A stretch of 32,000 nucleotides of DNA from Desulfobulbus propionicus DSM 2032 (GCF_000186885.1 NC_014972.1:1110001-1142000); one strand, 5' to 3'; positions 19,679-28,686 are shown, counted from the stretch's first letter. The notes: generated by a model from the letters alone, not told the origin. Translations and numbers: made by a program.

Positions 19679-20890
19679 ATGAATACAGACGATTCCTACC
19701 AATCCGGTCTTGTCCCTGCCGACGAAATCGCGCAACGCATCGCGCGGCTGCAGGACTTTTTACAGCAACAAGCAGTGGATGGGGCGCTGATGCTCGATCC
19801 ATTGAACATGTATTACTACACCGGGACGATGCAACAGGGGGTGGTGGTGGTCCCGGCAACGGGCGACCCCGTCTTTCTGGTCAGGCGCAGTGTGGAGCGG
19901 GCACGGTTGGAGTCGCCTGTGCAGCAGATTCTCCCCCTGGCAGGGTTCAGCCAGCTGCGATCCACCCTCGCCGACCTGGGCCTGGCCACCGACACCCTGG
20001 GCGTGGCGGAAGCCACCCTGTCTGTAGGCGTTTTCAAGGCCCTGGCCAAGGCCTTTCCAGGCACAGCCTTCACCGATATCAGCGGGGTGTTGGCCATGAT
20101 TCGGGCGGTGAAATCCGACTACGAAGTCGGGCTGATCCGCACGGCCGGGGCCCTGCATGCGCAGGTCTATGGGGCCATTCCCGCCCTCCTGCGCGAGGGG
20201 ATGAGCGAATGGGAACTGGGCGCGGCCATCCACCAAAAGATGATGGAGCTGGGCTACACCGGAATTGCCCGGTTCGCCGGCTCCGGCATGGAGCTGTTTC
20301 TGGGGATCATCAGTTTCGGTGAATCGGGCAACTATCCGACCGCGTCCATTGGGCCGGGCGGCCTCACTGGGCTCTCGCCTGCCTTCCCGCTGGTGGGGGG
20401 CAGGAAGCAACTGGGGCGGGGCGAACCCGTGTTCGTGGATATCGGTTTTGGCTACCACGGCTATTTCACCGATGCGACCCGGGTGTTCTCTCTGGGGCCG
20501 CTGCCTCAGGCGGCCATGGAGGCGCATGCGCTGTGCCTGGACATCCAGGAGGCGGTGCGCTGCCGCCTCAAGCCCGGTGCCATCCCGTCGCGGATCTACG
20601 ACGAGGTCTGGGGCGAGTTCGTGCATTCCCGAGCCTTTACCAAGCATTTCATGGGATTCGGCTCCAACCAAGTTCCCTTCCTGGGCCATGGCATCGGTTT
20701 GGCGATCGATGAATTTCCGGTCATTGCCGCCAAGGTGCACACCCCGCTTGAGGCGAACATGATCATTGCCGTCGAGCCCAAGAAAGGGGTGGCAGGCATT
20801 GGCCTGGTCGGCGTGGAAAATACCTTCCGTGTCACCGCCGAAGGCGGCGAAAAATTAACTCCGGGGACAGACGAGATCACCATGGTGTGA
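19679..20890 (+). CDS. M24 family Xaa-Pro aminopeptidase-like metallopeptidase
   Basis: ALMLDPLNMYYYTGTMQQG..., GEPVFVDIGFGYHGYFTDATRVF, GFGSNQVPFLGHGIGLAIDEFPVI, VEPKKG. Confidence 0.93.
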   Translation: MNTDDSYQSGLVPADEIAQRIARLQDFLQQQAVDGALMLDPLNMYYYTGTMQQGVVVVPATGDPVFLVRRSVERARLESPVQQILPLAGFSQLRSTLADLGLATDTLGVAEATLSVGVFKALAKAFPGTAFTDISGVLAMIRAVKSDYEVGLIRTAGALHAQVYGAIPALLREGMSEWELGAAIHQKMMELGYTGIARFAGSGMELFLGIISFGESGNYPTASIGPGGLTGLSPAFPLVGGRKQLGRGEPVFVDIGFGYHGYFTDATRVFSLGPLPQAAMEAHALCLDIQEAVRCRLKPGAIPSRIYDEVWGEFVHSRAFTKHFMGFGSNQVPFLGHGIGLAIDEFPVIAAKVHTPLEANMIIAVEPKKGVAGIGLVGVENTFRVTAEGGEKLTPGTDEITMV

Positions 20891-21152
20891 TCCGGAACCT
20901 TCCCTTGCCACTCCAGCAGAGGTGAACCTGTGCACTCCAACCTTGTGCTCCGCGATGAGATCGAAACGCTTGCTGTCGAGGGCGTGCCGCCGGAGGTCTT
21001 TTTCGTCTTGCCCTTTGCTACCCCTTGTCCCACGGGCACGGTGCACTTTCACCCAGCCTTCCTGGCCAACGGACCGCAGCAGGGATGAAAGACGGGAATT
21101 CCATAGTGCACCGACGCTTTCCGATCCACACTTTTGTTTTGCTTGTTCTGCC

Positions 21153-21620
21153 ATGACGCCCGCGATCACCGCCCTCAAAAAAGCCAAGGTGCCGTATCGG
21201 CTGCATGCCTACCAGCACGATGCCGGTGCAGCCTCCTATGGCGGTGAAGCCGCGCAGAAGCTTGCCATCGAGCCCGCGCAGGTCTTCAAGACCCTGGTTG
21301 TCGAGACCGACGGCCAGAAGTTTGTGATCGGCATTGTTCCCGTTGCCCATCAGTTGGACCTCAAACTCCTGGCGCAGGCCCTCGGCACCAAAAAAGCCGC
21401 GATGGCCCAGGCGCAGGACGCGGAAAAGATGACCGGCTATGTGCTGGGCGGCATCAGCCCCTTGGGGCAAAAGAGAAAACTGGCGACCGTGATCGATGCC
21501 TCGGCAACCGGTTTTGCCACCATCTTCGTCAGCGCCGGCCGCCGTGGGCTGGAGATCGAGCTTGCGCCCCACGACCTGTGCGCCTTGACCCACGGGACCT
21601 TTGCGGAGATCAGCCGATGA
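21153..21620 (+). CDS. ybaK: YbaK/EbsC-family aminoacyl-tRNA deacylase
   Basis: MTPAITALKKAKVPYRLHAYQHDAGAASYGGEAAQKLAIEPAQVFKTLVVETDG..., GGISPLGQKRKLATVIDASA, SAGRRGLEIELAPHDL. Confidence 0.92.
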   Translation: MTPAITALKKAKVPYRLHAYQHDAGAASYGGEAAQKLAIEPAQVFKTLVVETDGQKFVIGIVPVAHQLDLKLLAQALGTKKAAMAQAQDAEKMTGYVLGGISPLGQKRKLATVIDASATGFATIFVSAGRRGLEIELAPHDLCALTHGTFAEISR

Positions 21621-22043
21621 AGGGTGAAGGAGTTGCAGCGAGGGAGAGTTGGATTTTATTGGAAAAAGTTTGCCCGCTTGGTGCAGCGCCCTGTAGTGCA
21701 AAATGTAAAATTTGGCTTCTGTGACCTATGAATTCCCGGAAATATTCTTGGCGAAAGGACACGCCTTGAAACGTGCCAATAATGCTGCGGGGACTGGAAG
21801 CATGGGTGCTCTCCGAAAACTGGCCATCCTTCCAAATGGAATGATATACAGAAAAGCGGTTATTCCGAACCTATTGATTTTCCAATGACAATCTTCATAA
21901 ATATCGGTAGGCTAATCCAAAATATCTGCTTTAAACACAAGGGTAGAGTATTACAGGAATGAGCCAATCATCCAGGCTCCCTCTACGAGTTTAGATGATA
22001 TACAGATCAGCAGAATAACTTGTTGTGTGTAAAAGGCATGTGC

Positions 22044-22589
22044 CTATCTCCCGCGCTGGCACTCGTACTTACACCAGCTCCCTTGCCATTCCGTGCGTCT
22101 GCCGTATTTCCGGTGTAACTTCCCCATATCTTCCAGGTTGTCTGCGCAGATGTCGTCCCAAATATCATGCCACACCATGCCGTACCGCTTCCCTTTTGGC
22201 GGCTTGTAACTGAGTGCGTCGGCACAAACAAACGTCACACGCGGGTCAGCATAGTGCGGGGAAACAAGGTCGATCAGGTCTTGCGATATTTCAACAACCG
22301 TCACATCCGTTACTTCAGGTTTGAGAAGTATATTCTTCAGCACCATGCCAATTCCCAAACCATTTAAAAGGCACGACCCTTTTGCTTTCCATACGGCTGT
22401 GCTGTGGTCGCGCATCTCTGCCGGAGTGTCAGACATCACGAGGTATCCGTTCCGTGTTACCCTCGTGTACGTCTCGCCTACCGGCACGGCGCGGCCTCTC
22501 AGTGCCGAATGAAAATCCATGAAGTCTGTCGTAAAGCGTTCGATCTTCCACGGTCCTTTCTGTCCTTCAGGCAACGTTACTTTTTCCAA
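22044..22589 (-). CDS. SAM-dependent methyltransferase/spermidine-synthase-like protein, reverse-oriented cassette gene
   Basis: GSCLLNGLGIGMVLKNILLKPEVTDVTVVEISQDLIDLVSPHYADPRVTFVCADAL: SAM-binding G-loop and acidic loop. AAGGAGGAACC lies upstream. Confidence 0.72.
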   Translation of the reverse strand: MEKVTLPEGQKGPWKIERFTTDFMDFHSALRGRAVPVGETYTRVTRNGYLVMSDTPAEMRDHSTAVWKAKGSCLLNGLGIGMVLKNILLKPEVTDVTVVEISQDLIDLVSPHYADPRVTFVCADALSYKPPKGKRYGMVWHDIWDDICADNLEDMGKLHRKYGRRTEWQGSWCKYECQRGR

Positions 22590-22621
22590 GGTTCCTCCTT
22601 AAAATCAGAATATAAAGGCTC

Positions 22622-22683
22622 ACACAACAAAGCGTTCAAGCCGATGCCGATAAAGCCCGGCACGGCTTAACTAATCGTTATGC
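22622..22683 (+). other. attC site
   Basis: ACACAACAAAGCGTTCAAGCCGATGCCG...CGGCACGGCTTAACTAATCGTTATGC. Left-arm AAGCCGATGCCG has the extra base relative to the right arm (AAGCCGTGCCG). Confidence 0.9.
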
Positions 22684-23040
22684 GCATAATCCCCGCCGCC
22701 GATCGGTATCGTAGCGGAGGAAGTCGCGAAAGCTCTCGAAACAGTCGGCACATTCCAGGTATTCCTGGTATCGCCTTTTGCTCTTGGAAATTTTCGGCGG
22801 AGCCGGGCTATGGAGCGCAACAGCCTCTTTCCCGGCAGGAGTGACGACAAAACAGTGCATGTCGCCCCACAACTTCCTTGTCCCAAGGTCTTTCATTAAC
22901 CCTATCTCGGCCAATTGCTGGCACTTCGCAAAGTCTTTCCCGCCAGGGTCAGTTGCAAAGTGGTTGCGGTATTGCTCGCCATGGCCGTATTGATCAACCC
23001 CGAGCGAGTGCTGCAGGATGTGCAGTAATTCTTTATCCAT
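22678..23040 (-). CDS. Hypothetical protein, 120 aa, reverse-oriented cassette gene
   Basis: ATTGGAGGGATTATG start context. Stop TAA lies in the R' box of the neighbouring attC, and the ORF fills the cassette. Confidence 0.7.
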   Translation of the reverse strand: MDKELLHILQHSLGVDQYGHGEQYRNHFATDPGGKDFAKCQQLAEIGLMKDLGTRKLWGDMHCFVVTPAGKEAVALHSPAPPKISKSKRRYQEYLECADCFESFRDFLRYDTDRRRGLCA

Positions 23041-23063
23041 AATCCCTCCAATGCGTTAAAAAC

Positions 23064-23129
23064 GCATAACAAATCGGTCGAGTTCGGACGCCGCAAACTG
23101 CGCGGCGCCGCTCACCTCAACCATTAGTC
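23064..23129 (+). other. attC site (R' box degenerate, ATTAGTC)
   Basis: GCATAACAAATCGGTCGAGTTCGGACGCCGC...GCGGCGCCGCTCACCTCAACCATTAGTC. R'' is complementary to the cassette start GTTATGC. Confidence 0.7.
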
Positions 23130-23300
23130 GTCAGTAATTATTTTTATATTTTTCAGTTCTTCTTTTACAGTTTCACACTGATACCAATCACTCCAGCTAT
23201 CTTCACAACATTTCCCATTATTGTGCTCTCTAGTGCATTTATGGTCGGGCCCTCCATCATGCCAGCCCCACTTTCTATACGGGCACCCCATGTCTTCCAT
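23124..23300 (-). CDS. Hypothetical Cys/Trp-rich small protein (58 aa), reverse-oriented cassette gene
   Basis: Strong SD AAAGGAGGGAAAATG; MEDMGCPYRKWGWHDGGPDHKCTREHNNGKCCEDSWSDWYQCETVKEELKNIKIITDD. Confidence 0.65.
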   Translation of the reverse strand: MEDMGCPYRKWGWHDGGPDHKCTREHNNGKCCEDSWSDWYQCETVKEELKNIKIITDD

Positions 23301-23319
23301 TTTCCCTCCTTTCAACCGC

Positions 23320-23405
23320 GCTTAACCAGTAAATAAACGTGACCTGGACAACTAGCGCTCTTTCAATGGTAGTTCATTCACCTGCACGTTATTAAGCCGT
23401 TCGGC
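23320..23405 (+). other. attC site
   Basis: GCTTAACCAGTAAATAAACGTG...CACCTGCACGTTATTAAGCCGTTCGGC. Arms AACCAGTAAATAAACGTG versus AACGGCTTAATAACGTG. R' GTTCGGC matches R'' GCCGAAC of the next site. Confidence 0.65.
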
Positions 23406-23417
23406 GGAGATAAAATT

Positions 23418-24281
23418 ATGAAAGTTGACCATATATCCCTTTCTACGACTCCAGTATTTTTAAGGAAAGGTAGTCAGGTTGTTTCCCAAGGCACAGGATT
23501 TTACTTCTTATCAAATAAAGATAATGGCCAAGTCCTTTTCTTATTAACAAATTATCATGTTCTTACAGGTTCAGCTCCTAGTGAACGGAAAGCGCCTATT
23601 GGTGACAATATCTTTTTCCAATTTCACGAATCAGATACCGAAACAGGAAAAATAAGAAATTCCAATCTTCCTTTATTTACTCCAAGCGGTAAGCCATTAT
23701 GGCTTGTAAGCTCCGACCATCCAGAAGCAGATTTTGCTGTAATCCCTTTGCCCACGCAGTGCTCGAAGGATTGTAAAGTGTTTTGTCTTTCAGAAGAATG
23801 GGCAACTCAAAAAATGAAAATTCGACCAGCAACAGATGTTTCTCTGGTAGGTTATCCCTATGGCTTCTATGATACTTCAAACGCGCTTCCTATTTGGAAA
23901 TCAGGAACACTTGCAAGTGAGCCAAAAGTGAATTTCGAAGGAAAACCTCTAATGTTAATTGATGTATCTGCTTTTCCAGGAATGTCAGGGTCTCCTGTAT
24001 TCGCTATTGCCAACGGGATGTATGAAATGGCAGAAGGAAATTCAGTCACACCTGGTATGGTGAGACAATTCATAGGTATTTATGCAAGCATGCAAATGGT
24101 TAGTAAAAACAAATATTTAGAAGAGATCGTGCATGATACAAAAGTTGGGATTAGGGATCTCGAGTCATTAGAGATCGGTCATGTATGGAAAGGTAGCATA
24201 ATTACCGAGTTGATAGACAATATTGATATTGGAAAATATGAAACGGAAATAATACAAGAATTGAGCCGAACAATCGGTTGA
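23418..24281 (+). CDS. Trypsin-like serine peptidase, cassette gene
   Basis: Catalytic-triad contexts FLLTNYHVLTG (His), SDHPEADFAVIPL (Asp), DVSAFPGMSGSPVFAI (Ser). Confidence 0.82.
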   Translation: MKVDHISLSTTPVFLRKGSQVVSQGTGFYFLSNKDNGQVLFLLTNYHVLTGSAPSERKAPIGDNIFFQFHESDTETGKIRNSNLPLFTPSGKPLWLVSSDHPEADFAVIPLPTQCSKDCKVFCLSEEWATQKMKIRPATDVSLVGYPYGFYDTSNALPIWKSGTLASEPKVNFEGKPLMLIDVSAFPGMSGSPVFAIANGMYEMAEGNSVTPGMVRQFIGIYASMQMVSKNKYLEEIVHDTKVGIRDLESLEIGHVWKGSIITELIDNIDIGKYETEIIQELSRTIG

Positions 24282-24339
24282 AGAAGGATTGTTCATTCCG
24301 CTGCGCTACATGAACAACCTCTTAACCTCACCGTTAACT
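24265..24339 (+). other. attC site
   Basis: GCCGAACAATCGGTTGAAGAAGGATTGTTCATTCCGCTGCGCTACATGAACAACCTCTTAACCTCACCGTTAACT; ATTGTTCAT/ATGAACAAC arms, left arm GGTTGAAGA versus GGTTAAGA. Overlaps the 3' end of the peptidase gene. Confidence 0.88.
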
Positions 24340-24345
24340 TAAAAA

Positions 24346-25335
24346 ATGAAATCAAGATCACGCGCATTATTGGATAAGTCATTGGGTGCCGTCTTGTCTG
24401 CAATGGAAATTTATAACAAGCCAGATTTCTATTACAGAGAGGAGACTTTTTCAATTTTGATGGTCAATGCATGGGAGCTGTTGCTAAAAGCAAGGTTGTT
24501 GCAGCTTAGTAACAACAAAGTGGCCTCAATAGTCAAATACGAAAAAAGACAAAATGCTGATGGGTCAACTTCTGAGAAACTGTATAGGTCTTACAGTAGG
24601 TCCGGGAATGTAAAAACAGTAAGTCTTTTTGTCGCCTATGATTTAATAATTAATGAGTATGGAGATAAACTTGACAATTTAGTTCGGAAAAATCTTGAAG
24701 CATTAATAGAAATTCGTGACAATTCTGTCCATTTTTTAAACAAAGACTTTGAGTTAAAACGTAAAATATTCGAAATTGGAACGGCCTCACTAAAAAATTA
24801 TCTTAATTTAGTTATTAAATGGTTCGGTGTTGATCTATCTAAATACAATTTCTTCTTAATGCCGATGGCTTTTATCCGTGATTTTCACAAAGCGAAAGTT
24901 GTTTCTTTGACCATCCAAGAAAAGAAATTAATCAAATTTGTTGAAAATTTACAAAGTAAGGTCGAAGACGATGAAACAAAAGATTTCAACCTGGCACTAG
25001 AAGTTTCGGTGCATCTTAAGCGAGCGAGTAGCACTACAACAACAAATACAATAACAATTTCCAATGATCCTAATGCGCCGGTCGTTCGACTTTCTGAAGA
25101 GGATATTCGAGAAAAATATCCATGGGATTATGCTGTATTAACAACAAGGTTAAAGAAAAGATATAATGATTTCAAATGTAACCAAGACTACCATGGAATT
25201 CGTAAGCCGCTTGAATCAGATGAGAAATACTGTAATACACGTCTACTAGATCCAGGTAATCCATCAAGCAGCAAAAAAATATTTTACAACCCAAATATTC
25301 TTAAAGAATTTGATAAACATTATAACAAAAGTTAA
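24346..25335 (+). CDS. DUF3644-like/HEPN-like protein, cassette gene
   Basis: LLDKSLGAVLSAMEIYNKPDFYYREETFSILMVNAWELLLKARLLQ... LVRKNLEALIEIRDNSVHFLNKDFELKRKIFEIG. RDNSVH fits the HEPN Rx4-6H RNase motif. Confidence 0.72.
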   Translation: MKSRSRALLDKSLGAVLSAMEIYNKPDFYYREETFSILMVNAWELLLKARLLQLSNNKVASIVKYEKRQNADGSTSEKLYRSYSRSGNVKTVSLFVAYDLIINEYGDKLDNLVRKNLEALIEIRDNSVHFLNKDFELKRKIFEIGTASLKNYLNLVIKWFGVDLSKYNFFLMPMAFIRDFHKAKVVSLTIQEKKLIKFVENLQSKVEDDETKDFNLALEVSVHLKRASSTTTTNTITISNDPNAPVVRLSEEDIREKYPWDYAVLTTRLKKRYNDFKCNQDYHGIRKPLESDEKYCNTRLLDPGNPSSSKKIFYNPNILKEFDKHYNKS

Positions 25336-25394
25336 CCACCGGCTTCACGCGGACCCCGCAAAAAGCGCGGGTCCGGTGATCCGGAACGTTATGT
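25330..25394 (+). other. attC site
   Basis: AGTTAACCACCGGCTTCACGCGGACCCCGCAAAAAGCGCGGGTCCGGTGATCCGGAACGTTATGT. R'' complementary to cassette start GTTAACT; left arm TCACGCGGACCC versus TCACCGGACCC. Confidence 0.9.
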
Positions 25395-25414
25395 TTTCCG
25401 GAGGTGAGCGCACC

Positions 25415-25960
25415 ATGCTCAAACACTACTTGGAAGAACTTACGGCGCTTGAGTTTTCCGAACGTGACGCAGGGATTCAGAAGGCGGTTACGAGAGAAAA
25501 GGGCGCAATGAATGCGCGTGGGATACTGCACTCTTCAATGACCCTTCAGGCGTTAGCTGAGTTCTTCGGTGCCGAGTTCTCGTTGCGCTGTGATTTCCTA
25601 AAAGAATTCGTTGTTACGCACAGCGCCTTGTGCAAAGAAGAGGATGCCGTAACAACCGCAAAGACCTTATTTCAGACGAAGTCCTTTGAACAAAGGGACC
25701 GACTGAAGGCCGCATATGAGGCCGCGACAAAGCCTATCGTCGCATCACTAAGCAGTGACTTTCCGAAACAGATCGAAGAGGGCTTGCTCGCCACTTTTGA
25801 GACTCGGATAAAAAAGAACAACATGTATGTCGAGATTGCTTACCAGGCAATGGAAGCCGCTAAGCGCGAAAAGACCCCTATGTTCGCACTTAAACCGAAT
25901 TTCCACGGTATTGGAATTGACGTGGAGGAGGTCTGGAGACGATATGTCAAACATAACTAG
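25415..25960 (+). CDS. Hypothetical protein, 181 aa, cassette gene
   Basis: GGAGGTGAGCGCACCATG start context. MLKHYLEELTALEFSERDAGIQKAVTREKGAMNARGILHSSMTLQALAEFF... No family recognised. Confidence 0.75.
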   Translation: MLKHYLEELTALEFSERDAGIQKAVTREKGAMNARGILHSSMTLQALAEFFGAEFSLRCDFLKEFVVTHSALCKEEDAVTTAKTLFQTKSFEQRDRLKAAYEAATKPIVASLSSDFPKQIEEGLLATFETRIKKNNMYVEIAYQAMEAAKREKTPMFALKPNFHGIGIDVEEVWRRYVKHN

Positions 25961-26035
25961 CCAATCCACCGGACAAAGAAAAGCGTTGCTCGTTCCTCGC
26001 CCCGCTTTTCTCTGCCGGTGATTGCTGCATTATGT
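25951..26035 (+). other. attC site (R' ATTATGT)
   Basis: ACATAACTAGCCAATCCACCGGACAAAGAAAAGCG...CGCTTTTCTCTGCCGGTGATTGCTGCATTATGT; long complementary arms with extra left-arm bases. Confidence 0.85.
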
Positions 26036-26091
26036 CGATGCTTCACCATGTACCCGCTACGCGACTACATGGATGAACCACGGGAGGAAAT

Positions 26092-26286
26092 ATGAAAACG
26101 ATTGGATTTGGAATGAACGGAAATACTTGCCTTTCAAATTGTCCGTATAAAAAATCTGATTACACGGTAATAAAAATCGCGTCTCTGTACTGCCAGAACT
26201 GCGACAAGAATAAGGGAATTAACAGGGAAAATAAAACGGTTGATTGTATAGGAGACGAAAGAAACATAACAATCGCTTCAACCTGA
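26092..26286 (+). CDS. Small Cys-containing hypothetical protein (64 aa), cassette gene
   Basis: MKTIGFGMNGNTCLSNCPYKKSDYTVIKIASLYCQNCDKNKG...; GGAGG ~10 nt upstream; fills the cassette. Confidence 0.6.
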   Translation: MKTIGFGMNGNTCLSNCPYKKSDYTVIKIASLYCQNCDKNKGINRENKTVDCIGDERNITIAST

Positions 26287-26321
26287 CATCCTAACGGATG
26301 CAGGTTAAGCAAATGTTCATG
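26264..26321 (+). other. attC site
   Basis: ACATAACAATCGCTTCAACCTGACATCCTAACGGATGCAGGTTAAGCAAATGTTCATG; arms CTTCAACCTG and CAGGTTAAG. Confidence 0.88.
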
Positions 26322-26473
26322 GCGACTGCGTCGCCATGAATCGCGGTGCTGACTGCGTCGAGCACCTTGCCTGGCGCCTTGCGCCAGAACAAGGTACTCG
26401 ACCGGACACCGCACACCGATCATTCAAACTTCGTTTGCCTGATCGGCGCACGGCGCCGGTCAGCACCGCGATT
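26315..26473 (+). repeat. 159-bp direct repeat, copy 1: ORF-less minimal cassette with nested inverted repeats and its own attC-like end
   Basis: Reads identically to 29145-29303. Contains TTCATGGCGA-ctgcg-TCGCCATGAA, an outer AATCGCGGTGCTGAC/GTCAGCACCGCGATT pair, and an inner TCGAGCACCTTG/CAAGGTACTCGA pair. Confidence 0.92.
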
Positions 26474-26588
26474 AACAGTGAAAAATGAAAATCACGAAAT
26501 CCAACATACTGAACCTTATAAAGACCGCTTTCGGCTTCGAATGGACGCCTGAAATATCTCAAGAAGCAATAGGGAATCTTGAAATTTA

Positions 26589-27868
26589 GCTTAGCAAGCC
26601 CCGGCACCATTCACCGACAATTTTATTCACAAAGACCATGCTCTTCTGGCTTTTAATCCGATCGGTTTTGCACCTTGGCGGTGCCTCGCTCTGTGCTCGA
26701 TGGCGGTCTTTTGCCAGTTTGCCGCACTCCGGGCACACTTCACCTGCTTGCAGCCAGAAGCATCCCCATTCGGTCAATGTTATACACCAAGTTGCGCAAG
26801 CCGATCTTTGCTCGGGCTCGGGCTATGCCGATCGTGCGCAACAGTACATTCCCCGCTCGCTGCGCCTGTACACCAAAGACATGCTCGATTCGCGAACGGA
26901 CCTTGGATCTGGTTCGGTTGCCCTCCTGTTCTCTGGGCGTCAAGGGACGATTGCGGCTCCCCTTGCGTTGGATGTGTTCACGAAAACCATCCTGGCCGAG
27001 GCGCTCCAATCGATCCGCGGATCGATAGGCCGAATCCGCCCAGACGTCCTTGCTCGTATTGTCGGCAAGGAGTTGCTCGAACACGTTGCTGTCGTGCAGG
27101 GCCGCATCGGTCACGGCATAGCTGCGAATCAACTTGTGCTTCACATCCACCGAGATGTGGTTCTTGTAGCCGTAATAAGACTTGCCGTTCTTCTTGGTCC
27201 AGCGCGCGTCCGCGTCTTTTCTACGCCGCTTGTTCTCGGACCAGTTCTCCGGGATGTCGCCCTCTTTGATCCGGGCATTTTCCTCCCGGCTGTTCCGCTG
27301 TTTGGGCACGCTGACAATGCTGGCATCCACGATCTGCCCTTTCATCGCCATGAAGCCGTTGTCCCGGAGATGCGCATCGAAGGTCGCAAACAGTTCCTCT
27401 ACAATGCCGGCCTTGACGAGGTCTTCCCGAAAACGCCAGATGGTGGTGGCATCGGGAACCTTCTGGCTGATGTGCAGACCAAGAAAGCGCCCAAAGGAGT
27501 GCCGGTCGAGAATCTGAAACTCGGTCGCGTCATCCGACAGATTGTACAACGACTGCAGGATGAGAATCTTAAACAGCAGGATGACGTCGTACCCCTTCGG
27601 CCCGACCGTAGACTGCCGGCCCTTGTCCCTGGCCTTTTCGAGCGCAGGACGAAACATCTCCCAGTTGACCGTCTCGTTGATCTTGGCAAGTGGGTCGCCG
27701 TTCTTGTCGATTTTGTGCAATCGGTCCTGCAAATCAAAAAAGCCGGGCTGGATCATGGCTGATCTCCATCGGGTGATGGTTGGCGGATGCGGCCTTAAAA
27801 CGATGAAGAATGTAACATATTTACACAAAATCAACAATTTGATAGTTAAACTTGTCGCAGGCTACTGC
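26589..27868 (-). mobile_element. IS5-family insertion sequence (boundaries approximate)
   Basis: Full-length IS5-type transposase. ATTTA occurs at both inferred flanks (26584-26588 and 27869-27873). Terminal inverted repeats were not confidently resolved. Confidence 0.65.
26740..27759 (-). CDS. IS5-family transposase
   Basis: MIQPGFFDLQDRLHKIDKNGDPLAKINETVNWEMFRPALEKARDK...ILDRHSFGRFLGL...VPDATTIWRFREDL... DDE-type segments IVDASI, WADSAYRS, RSRIEHVFG. Confidence 0.93.
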   Translation of the reverse strand, partial: AMIQPGFFDLQDRLHKIDKNGDPLAKINETVNWEMFRPALEKARDKGRQSTVGPKGYDVILLFKILILQSLYNLSDDATEFQILDRHSFGRFLGLHISQKVPDATTIWRFREDLVKAGIVEELFATFDAHLRDNGFMAMKGQIVDASIVSVPKQRNSREENARIKEGDIPENWSENKRRRKDADARWTKKNGKSYYGYKNHISVDVKHKLIRSYAVTDAALHDSNVFEQLLADNTSKDVWADSAYRSADRLERLGQDGFREHIQRKGSRNRPLTPREQEGNRTRSKVRSRIEHVFGVQAQRAGNVLLRTIGIARARAKIGLRNLVYNIDRMGMLLAASR

Positions 27869-27874
27869 ATTTAA

Positions 27875-28429
27875 TTTTCAAGAAACCCAATAGACATTCT
27901 GAACAGATGTGACTCCACAACAGAACAAGTTTATTTGCTTGGATCGGCCTATTATATTGAAGCAATGAGAGATAAATACAATGGAGAACTGTGTGGCCAA
28001 CCTCTTCCAATATCTTGGCACATTGTTACCTACAATCAAGTCAACTATGAAGCCATTTACTTTCAGGAGCCTTGGGGAGGCTGGGCCAGAGGCTACGGAG
28101 CTGGCCCTAGCAGTTGCGCCTTTGTTCCACAGTTGAAATTTCCACATATAAATTACCACCATGACTTTGGATTGTTTTATAGCGCTGACAATGCAGGCGG
28201 TGAATGGGGTTTCCAATGTGCGATAGAAATTGACCCTGAAGAAACGCATAAAGATCGTAAAGATAAAGACGAATATAGAGACAATATAGTTGACTACGAA
28301 GTAATACGTGTTGATGACAGGATACATAGTTGCACAACATGGTTTGAATTAATAATGGACAGAGACGATGCAATTATTGAGGAGCATCTCAAAACAATCA
28401 AAGATGACGACGACACTCAAGATTGGTAG
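27875..28429 (+). pseudogene. Hypothetical cassette protein, possibly 5'-truncated by the IS
   Basis: The open frame (FSRNPIDILNRCDSTTEQVYLLGSAYYIEAMRDKYNGELCGQPLPISWHIV...) abuts the IS flank with no good start codon in the first part. The left flank encodes a 34-aa leader MKITKSNILNLIKTAFGFEWTPEISQEAIGNLEI. Confidence 0.5.
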
Positions 28430-28658
28430 GCTCCCATCCAGGGGTGGCGATAATACGCACATATTTTCTTTCTTTTCCGCGGAAATGCCTATGTCTAAAT
28501 GTGTGGCGCCAGCCTATACCGTCGTCGGTGTCCTCTGTTTCCATATACCCCCAGACTTCCCTACAACATTCGCATTCAGCAACAGGGTCGGCATCTGGCA
28601 ATTTATTAAATGCTCTCTCAAGCTCTTCGCTTTTTTTGTTAAGCCATACAATCTTCAT
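28398..28658 (-). CDS. Hypothetical 86-aa protein, reverse-oriented cassette gene
   Basis: AAGG about 8 nt upstream of ATG. MKIVWLNKKSEELERAFNKLPDADPVAECECCREVWGYMETEDTDDGIGWRH..., convergent with the preceding ORF. Confidence 0.55.
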   Translation of the reverse strand: MKIVWLNKKSEELERAFNKLPDADPVAECECCREVWGYMETEDTDDGIGWRHTFRHRHFRGKERKYVRIIATPGWEPTNLECRRHL

Positions 28659-28686
28659 ATAATAACCTTATATAATAATATAAATC

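Noticed and set aside
22044-23300. Prophage remnant
   Set aside because: Gene content has phage flavour, but ends are defined by attC-like palindromes and there are no structural, integrase or packaging genes.
23388-23394. GTTATTA as the R' box of the attC before the peptidase cassette
   Set aside because: GTTCGGC at 23399-23405 is exactly complementary to R'' GCCGAAC of the same cassette and gives better arm alignment, so it is the preferred boundary.
26160-26423. Minus ORF MIGVRCPVEYLVLAQGARQGARRSQHRD..., shared with 28963-29253
   Set aside because: The shared part lies in the palindromic 159-bp repeat and is fused by chance to unrelated flanks; it has no credible start or homology features.
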